Source: Chiloscyllium plagiosum
Lineage: Eukaryota
NCBI RefSeq assembly: GCF_004010195.1
Contig: NC_057756.1
Coordinates: forward strand, 405,805-469,804
Reading direction: 5' to 3'
DNA: 64,000 nucleotides
The position numbers and the translations under genes were made by a program. The notes under the pieces are model-generated. The model was given only the letters and a program-made list of their open reading frames with translations, was not told the origin of the DNA and made no database searches. Shown here piece by piece: positions 12,212 to 23,693 of this stretch (position 1 is the first letter of the stretch; each line of letters opens with the position of its first letter).

Positions 12212-13609
12212 ACATAGAACACAGAAATATATAGCACAGAACTGGCCCTTTGGCCCACGATGTTGTGCCGAGAATTGATCCTAATGAAAACAAAAACTTA
12301 ACCTATGCACCCCTCAACTCACTGCTATCCATGTGCATGTCCAGCAGTTGCTTAAATGCCCCTAATGACTCTGCTTCCATGCATTCACAGCTCTCTGCGT
12401 AAAGAACCTTCCTCTGATGTCTCCTTTATACCTTTCTTCTAATACCTTAAAACTATGACCCCTCGTGCCAGTCAATCCTGCCCTGGGGAGAAAAGTCTCT
12501 GGCTATTTACTCTATCCATTTCTTTCATTACCTTGTATACCTCGATCAGGTCACCTCTCTTCCTTCTTCTCTCCAGAGAGAAAGGTCCGAGCTTATTCAA
12601 CCTCTCCTCATAAGGCAAGCCCTCCAGTCCAGGCAGCATCCTTGTAAACCTTCTTTGCACCCTCTCCAAAGCCTCTTGTATCTTTCCTATAGTAGGGCAA
12701 CCAGAACTGGACACAATATTCCAAGTGTGGTCTCACCAGGGACTTGTAGAGCTGTAGCAAAACCTCGTGGCTCTTAAATTCGATCCCCCTATTAATGAGA
12801 GCGAAAACACCCATATGCTTTCTTAACAACCCAATCTACTTGGGTGGCAACTTTGAGGGATCTATGTACTTGTACACCAAGGTCCCTCTGTTCCTCCACA
12901 CTGCCAAGAATCTTGTCTTTAATCCTATATTCAGCATTTGAGTTTGACCTTCCAAAATGCATTACTTCGTATTTGTCCAGGTTGAACTCCATTTGTCATT
13001 TTTTAGCCCATTCTGCATCCTATGTCGCACTGCAGCCTGCAATAGCCCTCAATGCTATCAACGGCACCTCCAACCTTTGTGTCTTCTGCAAATTTACTAA
13101 GCCACCCCTCAACCTCCTCATCCAAATAATTTATAAAAACTACAAAGAGCGGAGACTCAAGTACAGAGCCCTGCAGGACCCCACTCAAAACTGACCTCCA
13201 GGCAGAATACTTTCCATCTACAACCACTCTCTGGCTTCTGTTAGCCAACCAATTCTGAATCTAGATGGCCAAATCTCCCTGTATCCCATACTTCCTGACT
13301 TTATGAATGAGCATACCTTGGGGAACCTTATTAAATGCCTTGCTGAAGCCCATATACACCACATCCACTGCTCGACCTTTGTCAACCTGCCTGGCCACCT
13401 CCTCAAAGAACTGAATAAGATTTATGGGGCATGACCAGCCCCTCACAAAGCCATGCTGACTGCCTTTAATCATGTTATGCTTTGGCTGACAGTCATAAAT
13501 CCTATCCCTCAGAATTCTTTCCAAAACTTTGCTGACCACAGATGTAAGACTGACTGGTCTGTAATTGCCAGGGATTTCCCTATTAACCTTCTTGAAAAGA
13601 GGAACAACA
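12212..13609 (-). mobile_element. CR1 LINE 3' part (RT), cut by assembly gap
   Basis: PGNYRPVSLTSVVSK, QHGFVRG, KFAEDTKVGG, RPHLEYCVQFW, and an (ACATAGA)-type tail. Confidence 0.93.
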
Positions 13610-14109
13610 NNNNNNNNNNNNNNNNNNNNNNNNNNNNNNNNNNNNNNNNNNNNNNNNNNNNNNNNNNNNNNNNNNNNNNNNNNNNNNNNNNNNNNNNNNN
13701 NNNNNNNNNNNNNNNNNNNNNNNNNNNNNNNNNNNNNNNNNNNNNNNNNNNNNNNNNNNNNNNNNNNNNNNNNNNNNNNNNNNNNNNNNNNNNNNNNNNN
13801 NNNNNNNNNNNNNNNNNNNNNNNNNNNNNNNNNNNNNNNNNNNNNNNNNNNNNNNNNNNNNNNNNNNNNNNNNNNNNNNNNNNNNNNNNNNNNNNNNNNN
13901 NNNNNNNNNNNNNNNNNNNNNNNNNNNNNNNNNNNNNNNNNNNNNNNNNNNNNNNNNNNNNNNNNNNNNNNNNNNNNNNNNNNNNNNNNNNNNNNNNNNN
14001 NNNNNNNNNNNNNNNNNNNNNNNNNNNNNNNNNNNNNNNNNNNNNNNNNNNNNNNNNNNNNNNNNNNNNNNNNNNNNNNNNNNNNNNNNNNNNNNNNNNN
14101 NNNNNNNNN
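13610..14109. other. Assembly gap (500 N)
   Basis: Run of exactly 500 N. Confidence 1.
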
Positions 14110-15244
14110 CAACCCTGGCACCAGGGAGGCAATCCACCAACCGTGAGTCTCTCTCGTCCCCACAGAACCTCCTATCTGTCCCCCTAACTATGGAGTCCCC
14201 AATGACTATTGCTCTGCCCCCTTTCCCTTCTGAGCAGCAGGGACAGACTCTGTGCCAGAGCCCTGTACTCCACTGCTTTCCCTGGTAAGTCATCCCCCCC
14301 CAATAGTATCCAAAATGGTATACTTATGTTGAGGGGAATGGCCACAGGGGATCCCTGCCATGCTTGCCAGTTCCCTTTCCATCCCCTGACTGTAACCCAT
14401 TTGCCTTTTTCTTGTACCTTAGGAGTGACTATCTCCCTGTAACTCCTCTCAATAGCCCCCTCTGCCTCCCAAATGATCCGAAGTTCATCCAGCTCCAGCT
14501 CCAGCTCCAGTTCCCTAACACAGTTTTCGAGGAGCTGGAGTTGGGTGCACTTCCCGTTTTTCTTGTACCTTAGGAGTGACTATCTCCCTGTAACTCCTCT
14601 CAATAGCCCCCTCTGCCTCCCAAATGATCGGAAGTTCATCCAGCTCCAGCTCCAGTTCCCTAACGCGGTTTTTGAGGAACTGGAGTTGGGTGCACTTCCC
14701 GCAGCTGTAGTCAGCAGGGACACTAGTGGGGACCCTTACCTCCCACATTCTGCAGGAGCAACATTCACCTGCCCTAACCTCCATTCCCACTATTCTAAAT
14801 TCCCAAAGAGACTGTTGAAAAAATAAGGAATAAAAAAAACTCATTACCTTACCAATCTGGCACACAAGTCCTTTTTTTTGATTAGAGGAGGAGGATGGGT
14901 GGGAGACACTACCCGAGTAGTGTTTCGGGTAACGCAGCCACACAAAAATATGACTTCCCAGAAGTCCTTCGCTCCTCCCTCGCCGCTCTGGCAAAATGGA
15001 GGCCTGACTCCCGAGGTAGGTCCCTTTTAATGCGGGAAACCTCACCCTTTCCGGCAGCCCTCGCTTCACCTCTCCTTCTCTCCTCGCCGCTCTGGCAAAA
15101 GGGAGGCCCGACTCCTGAGGTAAGTGCCTTTTAATGCGGGAAAAGTCACCCTTCCCGGCAGCCCTCACTTCACCTCTCCTTCTTTCCTTGCCGCTTTAGC
15201 AAAATGGAGGCCTGGCTCCCGAGGTAAGTGCCTTTTAATGCGGG
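14110..15244 (-). mobile_element. CR1 LINE 5' part: 5' UTR with ~105-bp tandem units and ORF1
   Basis: ORF1: CCSCRMWEV..CGKCTQLQFL..RELELEL, and esterase VIGDSIVRG..CLPGARV. Confidence 0.9.
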
Positions 15245-18200
15245 ATCATAAGCTGCTTGTCCCACTCTCTCAATACAGCCTTCAAAACGTGAAGTCTTTG
15301 TAACTGCATTGACTTTAGGATAATCCACACATAACAGTTGGGTAACATCTGTATTGGGACCATTAGTGTGGGTGAGTTACAGTCACTGGAACTCGCTTCG
15401 ATAATGCCATCTTGGAGCATGTGTTCAATCTCCTTTAGAACCTGTGTCAACTTTAGAAAGTGATGCCTATAAAGATGTTGCTTAATTGGAACAGCATCTC
15501 CTAAATCTACATCATACATAATTTAGTTCATCTTCCCAGTTTATTTTTGTATATTTCACCATGTGATATGCATCTCTTTGAGGAAATTTAGACTTTCCCA
15601 TGGAAGGTCACTCAACAATTTATCCCAATTTTTGACAACTTCCTCATTGTCCAATTTAATTTGAGGAATGTCCAATTCAACATCCTCTGAACTTGCTTCT
15701 TCACTCCGTGTTACAATGGATAAAACATTTTCCTTTTATTTACCTTCCCTTTCGAAATATCATTTGAGCAAATTCACGTGACACATTCTGTGAGGTTTCT
15801 TTCTATCTGAAGTCCTTATAGTTCTCAATTTCCTTTCGATTTGATAAAATCTAGTCAACATTACTTTTAAAGGTTTACGAATCACTGGAGGTAACCTTAT
15901 CTCTAAAAGCACAAATGCAAGTTTTTGATTTTTTGTCTGCTTCCTGTTTCATTGTATGCTGTGATATGTTTAAATGCCATCGAGCCAATTTCCTCACTCT
16001 ATTTGTTTGCTCCTGAAAATTTGACACATAGTCCAAATTTGAGCTCTTTGAATTCTGACTTACCAATTTCTCCTTAATTAATTTTAGCGATCCTCTGATT
16101 TCATTCCCCCAAAACTAATTCAAATGGACTGAATTTGCTGTTTTCATTTGGTGTGTTGCTGATCACAAAAAGCACATACAAAGTTCCCTATCCCAACCGT
16201 CTGGATAGTCTTCACTATAAGCCCTCAAAATGTCTTTAATGTATGATGCCACCTTTCTAACACTCCCTGCAACTCTGGATGGTATGCAGTATGGAGTCCT
16301 TATGAATTGTTTTATTTGTAAGTTGGCCATAACTTCCTTGAATACTTTTGATGTGAAGTTTGACACTTGATCTGATTGTATCTCTGTGGATAATTCATAT
16401 TGCATGAAAAAATTGACTAACTTCTCTACAATCCTTTTTGCTGTGATATTGCGTAATGGAACAGCCTCTGGAAATCTAGTGGACACATCAATTATTTTCA
16501 TAAATATCTATTCCCAGTTTTTGCTTGAGGTAGGGGACCTAAGAAATTAATTAAGACTCTTGTATAAACGTTCCTCAAATGCAGGAATAGCTATTAAAGG
16601 TATACTTTCTATTAATGCCCATGTGGAGATTAATGTGGGGGTTTTCCAATTATCTGAAGTGGTTAACATGCCTGGCAAAATGCAACTACATCCTTTTGCA
16701 ATCCAGACCAGTAAAACTGCTTTTGCATTTTGCCATTGGTTTTTCTTACCCGTAAATGACTGCCTACCGGTAAGTAATGCAACACTCACAAAACCATCAC
16801 CCACTGGAAATACGGATTGATGATTTTCTGCTCATTTCTCATCTGGCTGAATATGTAATGATCTCCATTTCCTCATTAAGACATCATGTTTAAGATAATA
16901 ATATTCAGGGCTCCATTTGGATTGTTTTCCTACAAATACTTTTTGTTGCAAATGCTTTAAGTTTTCATCTTTCTGCTGTAACTCAATTAATTGAGCTAAA
17001 CATTTCTGCTTTGTCATCTATCTGCTTCAGGTTTATCTCAACCATCTGATCAAACTGGGTGTCTGCAAATTCTTACCTCCCCTGTTTCAACTGGTGACTT
17101 TGTGACCTCGTTACCACACAGTCAGAAATCATCCCAGAATACATGCAACTGCAATATTTCTGTTGTCTGTGTTTCCACTGGCTTTTCAACCACAGGTAGG
17201 CAGCACTCCTACCTGTGACCCAGCTGTATCAGTAGCAAGGACAGATTGTGTTCCTGGAGCTGAGAGTTTGCCCAGTACTCCTACCATTCTTCACTGGACA
17301 CTCTAACCTCACTTTACATAATTGAACGCTTCTTATCTCATCGTGAATTCCAGTTACTAGTACCTTTGCTGGCAATAGTCCTTTAGAAATACATATCTCT
17401 TCATCTTTGAACACTACAGATTGAAAGAATCCCGTATCTTTTAATATTGTAACGTCTTTACCTACTGCTCCTGGCTGAAGCAAATAAACTTTACCTTTGC
17501 AGTTGTATGGTGTAATAAGATCTGGCACTTTCTCCTTAAGCAACCTTAAACCAGATTGTACATTCTGGTACAGCTTTCTAAACGTCAGTGCTTTCCATGA
17601 CCACTCCAATAAAATTAACTGGCTAATCATTTTTTCCAACATGTGGCTTCCCAGCGATTTTCCTAACCCACTGACTTGTGATTTCATGCGGTCTATTTTA
17701 TTGGAGCATTTTTACTTCTCTTTCGCCTTCAAGGGTCTCCTTTTTACCCTTTGGTAAGTAATCCCTATGATCTTCAATGGAATCCATCGTTCCCTTTCCA
17801 CACGAGGATTTATATTTTCCCCAATTTCTATCCCTCATGGATTAAAATTGATTTTGGAAGGCACACTTAGATTTATGGAGCAACTCATAATCATCAGCCA
17901 TTTCAGCTGCTAATCTTGCTATTTAACTCTCTGCCCTTCGACGATTTCTCATTGTTCTGGAAGTGAATTTTTGAACTCCTCTAAAATAATTGTCTCTTGA
18001 AGAGGATCATAGGTTTGCTCTATTTTTAATGCCCTTCTCCACCTCTCAAAATTACTTTCTTTGATCCTTTCAAACTCAGTGTAGGTTTGACCAGGGTCCA
18101 TTCTTAGATTCCTGAAACATTGTCTGTAGCCTTTTGGTGCAAGTTCATAAGCACTAAAGACGGCTTTCTTCACCATCTCAAATGTCCCAGATATTGCCTC

Positions 18201-19186
18201 TGATGGCGATGGGAATCCATCACTAGCGCTATCTATATGTTTTGTTTGGGTTAATACATGGTCACTGGGCACTGCATGTTTTTAGCCACCTTTTCCAATG
18301 AGATGAAAGAACCTTCCACATCCTTCTTATCAAATTTAGTCAATGCTTGAATATATTTAAACAGTTTCTCACCAGGACATTAGTTACCACAGGTTTGCTT
18401 ATCCTCACTCACTTCCTTACTAAGCTTACCTTCAGAGTTCATCTCCATTCTTTTCAACTGACTTTTCCACCTACGTACCAAACTCTGAAGTTCAAACTCA
18501 CTCTCCTTCTTCATTTCCTCTCTCTGTCTTTTTCTCTCTTCTCTCTCTTGTTCTCTTTCTCTCTCTCTTTCTCTGCTTTTAATTGGAATCCATGTTGCTT
18601 CATTTCTGTTGCCCCTTTCCTTGTCTTTGCCTCTTACTGAAGCTGCTTAATTTTTAATTGAATTTTAGCCATCTCTAAAGATTCTGATAGCTTTCCTAGC
18701 TAATTTAAATGCTCAACTATTGCAGTAATTATCTCTCCTTTCTCACCGAAGGAAGCAGCTCCAACACCAGCTTGTCAGCTAATTCCAGCAGCTTGGCCTT
18801 AATCACCTTTTGCAAAACCCCCCAAAGTCACTTCTTGCACCCCCAAAGAACTCTTAGTGACTGAAAGATCCATTGCTAATCCAAGAACTGCTTAAACTAA
18901 CCAAATTCAATACCCTGAACAAAAGACACTAACACCTACCAATTGCAGCCCTCAAACCCAACAGCCCTAATCCCAAATTGGAACGATAGAACAAGTACCA
19001 CAAAAAAGCACTCCCACAATCCCCCTACCCCCAATCTGTTATGGACCAGGACAGTCCCTTCCAAAAAATTTCAAGCAAGCAGACTAGACCCGATATTTGC
19101 TCGTTACTTTCAGCAGGTGTAACATGGATATTGCAGGAGAGATGCAGCTGTTTAAACCATTTAGTTTTAAATGAAACAATTGATTT

Positions 19187-20131
19187 TTGTTGTATGGCCA
19201 TAGTCTTACCAGACCATAGGGGCTGTTATAGAGTCATAGAGTCATAGAGGTGTGCAGCATGGAAACAGCCTTTGGTCCAACCCGTCTATGCCAACCAGAT
19301 ATCCCAACCCAATCTAGTCCCACCTGCCAGCACCCAGCCCATATCCCTCCAAACCCTTCCTATTCATATACCCATCCAAATGCCTTTTAAATGTTGCAAT
19401 TGTACCAGCCTCCACCACTTCCTCTGGCAGCTCATTCCATATACGTACCACCCTCTGCATGAAAAAGTTGCCCCTTAGGTCTCTTTTATATCTTTCCCCT
19501 CTCACCCTAAACCTATGCCCTCTAGTTCTCCCTGACCCCATGGAAAAGACTTTGCCTATTTACCCTATCCATGCCCCTCATAATTTTGTAAACCTCTATA
19601 GGGTCTCCCCTCAGCCTCCGACGCTCCAGGGAAAACAGCCCCAGCCTGTTCAGCCTCTCCCTATAGCTCAAATCCTTCAATCCTGGCAACATCCTTGTAA
19701 ATCTTTTCTGAACATTTTCAAGTTTCACAACATCTTTCCGATAGGAAGAGACCAGAATTGCATGCAATATTCCAATAGTGGCCTAACCAATGTCCTGTAT
19801 AGCCCCAATGTCACCTCCCAACTCCTGTACTCAATACTGTGAGCAATAAAGGAAAGCATACCAAACACCTCCTTCACTATCTTATCTACCTGTGATTCCA
19901 CTTTCACGGAGTTATGAACCTGCACTCCAAGGTCTATTGTTCTCTCATTACAGAGAAGCAATTGATGGTGATTTAACCTGACAGCAACCAGACCTCAGGT
20001 GAGGAAAGAGGTTGAGAAAGAGAGTCCTTCATGGTAACCACAAACCAGTGATGGGAATTGAACCTGCACTGTTGGCATCACATTGCGCTGCAAACTGAAA
20101 AGCCGGCCAATTGAAATAAACCGATTCCCTG
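19187..20131 (-). mobile_element. Family B tRNA-SINE inserted in the LTR, itself interrupted by CR1
   Basis: Flanked by the 9-bp repeat AATTGATTT (19178-19186, 20132-20140). B-box GGTTCAATTCCC on - strand. Confidence 0.78.
19228..19941 (-). mobile_element. CR1/HER1 LINE 3' fragment, little decayed
   Basis: RPLLEYCMQFWS, RGNFFMQRVVRIWNELPEEVV, and a (TATGACTC)n tail. Confidence 0.93.
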
Positions 20132-21443
20132 AATTGATTTGCAACATTATCAAATGAAACACAAACAAAAGTGAGCAAAATACAAAATAACTTACCCTAT
20201 CCAAAAGCCTAACTGATTATCCCCTAACTGAATGATGTGGTTCCAAATAGTTGCAACAATCCCTATAAATACCCCTCGGCATAGAAGGTAAAATCAAACA
20301 CAGGCTCTTACAAGATAGATAGGTCAGAGAGAGGACCAGCGTTGACCTGCTTCTTTGGTTCCAGCAGCTTCAAAAGCTGCCTGCTAAAAACCAAAGAAAA
20401 CCAGAGAAAAGCTGAGATGGGAGAAGTGGCCACTCTTATTTCATTGTGCAAGAGTTTTTTTTAAATTCGAAAGCCTTTTTCCCGATGCAGTATCTAAAAT
20501 TAAACTGTCCCTAAAACCCTTCAAACAAAGACTTTTCAGGGTTAGTGTCTTTTACAATCTCCCTGAAAATAAAGTCAAGGACACCATAACCTTGTTAAAG
20601 GAGCAACATCATCACACTATGCAACAGGCACCTCCATTACTTTGGGGACTTCCAAAAGCAGGTTGTATAATAGTTTGGTGTTGCACACCAGTTCAATCTA
20701 TAAGTGTAAGCTAGAGCTATTTTTAACTGATCATTCACATTTCATTATGTATCTGAAATCCATGTCTTCAATTCATGTGTAGTTAGTCTTATTTTGTCAA
20801 AAAAGAGAGAAAAAAGGACATATTTCCGTGACACAAACCTTTGGTGCTGGTTGGATCACAACAGCAGAATGATCTCCAACCAGCTAATAATCGCTTTCAA
20901 TTATTTTCTTAGATGAAATAATTGTCCATTTTTTCATATTTTCAAGGCTGACTTTGTTGGCCTGATGTATCAATTGACAGCTCCATTTAGATACTTTGAT
21001 GTTCATTAATGGTCCCATTCATATTACATCACATTTCAGTTCCTCAGTGGTTATCCTCCACATGTTAGCACACCATTGTCGTGGTTTCCAATCCTCAACA
21101 CGAGTGCCACTTGTTGGTAGGATATTGATACCTTCCCTATTGTGGGGCACCTCTGTCATCGTATTCTTGTGGAACATTGCATAAGAAATATCTGTCTCGT
21201 AAGGTTGCATTATGTAATGTTACGGTGGCAAATCCATGAAGATGGGCAGCATATTTGTAATCTGCATGTCATTATTTGACAACTTCTATTGTGACCATGT
21301 TAAGATTTGCCCTTGAACATGTAAATCCGTAGCTCCATGGCTAGGAGAATAGCTTCATTAATTGTTGGGGATGTGAAAGGGAAATGGACAATTCGCTACA
21401 CTCCTTACGTTTTTATTTTGCTTCCATTACCAGAGTGATGTCA

Positions 21444-21752
21444 ATTAGATTAGATTTTTTTTAGATTGCAATACAGTGTGGAAACAGGCCCTTTGGCCCA
21501 ACAAGTCCACACTGACCCGCCGAAGCGCAACCCACCCATACCCGTACATTTACCCCTTACCTAACACTACGGGCAATTTAGCATGGCCAATTCACCTTTG
21601 GACTGTGGGAGGAAACCGGAGCACCCGGAGGAAACCCGCACAGACATGGGGAGAACGTGCAAACTCCACACAGTCAGTCGCCTGAGGCAGGAATTGAACC
21701 TGGGTCTCTGGCGCTGTGAGGCAGCAGTGCTAACCACTGCCACCGTGCCGCC
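21444..21752 (-). mobile_element. HE1-type V-SINE
   Basis: tRNA head, V domain and (AATCT)n tail. Confidence 0.92.
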
Positions 21753-22039
21753 ACTAATCCAATAAAACATGGTCTATCTCATTCCGTACGCAACAGTAAC
21801 ATATTCAAATGACCATTTTATTCTTCCACAACTCTTTTGTAGTACTTCATGTTTGACAATCACACTCACATTCTCTTTGTTGCCTGGACCTATCTTAATG
21901 TGTTATGGAATATGGATTAAGTTCCTTTTAAATTTCAACATTCTTCCTTACCACCATTGATGGTTGGCTCAAATCCAAACATTGCCATCTTGACTCAAAT
22001 GGAAAACTGCTTGACGTATAATTTCTAAACTAATTTCAG

Positions 22040-22950
22040 TTAATACACTGGCAATTGTGATCCTGTCACAAGGAAAATGTGGCCTCTCTAGATGCACCAC
22101 TCATTACCTGGTTGCCATGGCAACAGCGGATCTAATGGTCATCATCAATGATATTATATTGTATCAGCTAAATCACTATTTTTACCAGGGTTCGTTCCTG
22201 CATCTCACACCTTCATGCATTGTGATAGATTTCCTGCTTTTTATGAGTTCAGACTGTTCTGTCTGGTTCACTGTCACTTTCTCCGCTGATCGGTTTGTGA
22301 CCATTTGTTGTCAGAAACTGAAACTGAAATATTGTACTGTGAAAACAGCAGCTGTTATTCTTTCAATAACTGGCACTATATTCTTTCTAAAAAATGTTCC
22401 AATTTTCATTATACTGGAACCTAAGATTGTGGTTGACAATGTACAGTGGTATTGTCAAACGAAGCCAAGCTATTACACTGTACTCGGTTGGCTTGTATAC
22501 GACTGGTTAGATAAGGTATTAACACCACTATTTCCATTCATTTTAATTTTGCTCTTCAATGCTATGACAATCAGATATGTGTTAGTGGCGAATCGGATTC
22601 GTAAAGGATTGAGAAGTCAGCACACGGAAGAGAAGCATAGTGATACGGAGACGGAGAGCAGAAGAAAGTCAATGATTTTACTGTTCACCATATCTAGCAG
22701 CTTCATACTGCTGTGGTCACCCTATGTAATCAATTTCTTATATTATCGAAATGCAGAAATTGATCCCAGATTTTACAACGACGGCTTGCACATATTTGAA
22801 AGAATTGGATTTATGCTACTGAGTCTGAGTTACTGCACAAATGCGTTTATTTATGGAGTAACTCAGTCGAAGTTTAGGGAACAGTTCATTCGTGCTGTAA
22901 AGTACCCACTGGCTTCAATTAAGAGAGGCTTTACTTTCAAAATGAACTAA
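22040..22950 (+). CDS. Main coding exon B of a probable G-protein coupled receptor 139-like 7TM receptor
   Basis: Acceptor TTTCAG| at 22039, then an uninterrupted frame to TAA at 22950. Rhodopsin-family motifs: TM2 AMATADL, TM3 SVWFTVTFSADRF, ECL2 Cys (WYCQ), TM5 TPLFPF..FN, TM6 LLWSPY, TM7 CTNAFIY, helix 8 SKFREQF. It resembles GPR139 but is too divergent to call the ortholog. Confidence 0.93.
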
Positions 22951-23204
22951 TGGCAGTCTATAAGACAGTGCCATATACATCTGTTTGCATGAGTGCAATT
23001 TTCAGTAGTAAACGTTCATCAATTGGTTTGTAGCAAAGGTCTTTGTTCGCATGAAAATACGAACAGCACTGTAGTGTTACTTTCCATTGAATGTTGTCTT
23101 TTTTTTGAACTGCCATAATACTGAGATGACAATTTTAACCTTTAGGTGAGGTAAGTGTAATGATTAATTTGTTTAAAAAGCTGCACCATTGCACCATCCA
23201 CAAA

Positions 23205-23272
23205 AATAAAGAAAATCCCATGTGATTTGACATGTAGAACTGAGGTGAGGGCATTGCATTCCATCAAATAAA
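23205..23272 (+). promoter_or_regulatory. Candidate polyadenylation signals of the GPCR gene
   Basis: AATAAA at 23205-23210 and 23267-23272, about 255-320 nt after the stop codon. Confidence 0.4.
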
Positions 23273-23693
23273 TTGCAATGATTCAAATGATTGTGCCACT
23301 CATTCGTATTGATGTTGTATTGTAGATGAGTCTAGTCTCATTTTGCCTGCCTCATTTCCGCTGTGTTTTCCAATAACTTTTCTACTCATGTCCTGTTTTA
23401 TTTACCTCAGATATTATCTGTTATGATACCAAATATTATTCCTATTGAACAACTCAGATTTGAAGCAGAAATCTGGATTACTAACGCGCCTTTATTTTAC
23501 TTCACATTTGAAGTGGTAACCTTGCATCGAAAGATAAGCGTGAAACTCTGAATATTTGGTTTTTACAATGAATCAGGATGTTACTAAAGGAAAGGAAAAT
23601 CATGAGAAATCATTCATGCTCTTCACAAATAATATAGTTAGCAAGTTTTCAAAGCACATGGCAAAAAATCACTCCTGTCTATCGCAACATCAA

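Larger units (their letters stand above)
15245..20616 (-). mobile_element. Gmr1-like Ty3/Gypsy element 2 (5' LTR, SCAN-like gag, protease, integrase, start of RT); 3' half absent
   Basis: LTR 19037-20616 (interrupted). gag YRQCFRNLR..ILEEFKNSLP, protease ILKDTG, integrase DVSTRFPEAVPL..SDQVSNF, then RT start PIKQHLYR..MLQDGIIE. Confidence 0.9.
2018..22039 (+). other. Phase-1 GT-AG intron of the GPR139-like gene (20,022 nt as assembled, spans a gap)
   Basis: GTAAGT donor and TTTCAG acceptor. The join restores the frame and the TM1 G-x-P-x-N motif. Filled with transposons. Confidence 0.72.

Noticed and set aside
13261..14293. Long ORFs of 193-300 aa in the track
   Set aside because: Artefacts of reading through the 500-N gap; the flanks are CR1.
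14515..15168. 217-aa ORF as a host gene
   Set aside because: It is CR1 5' UTR read into ORF1.
17949..18272. Domesticated SCAN/ZSCAN gene
   Set aside because: It lies within a frameshifted LTR element and has no C2H2 fingers or exon structure.
20900..21420. Possible old Gypsy gag remnant on - strand (..TLRDRYFLCN..)
   Set aside because: Similarity too weak to support by eye.
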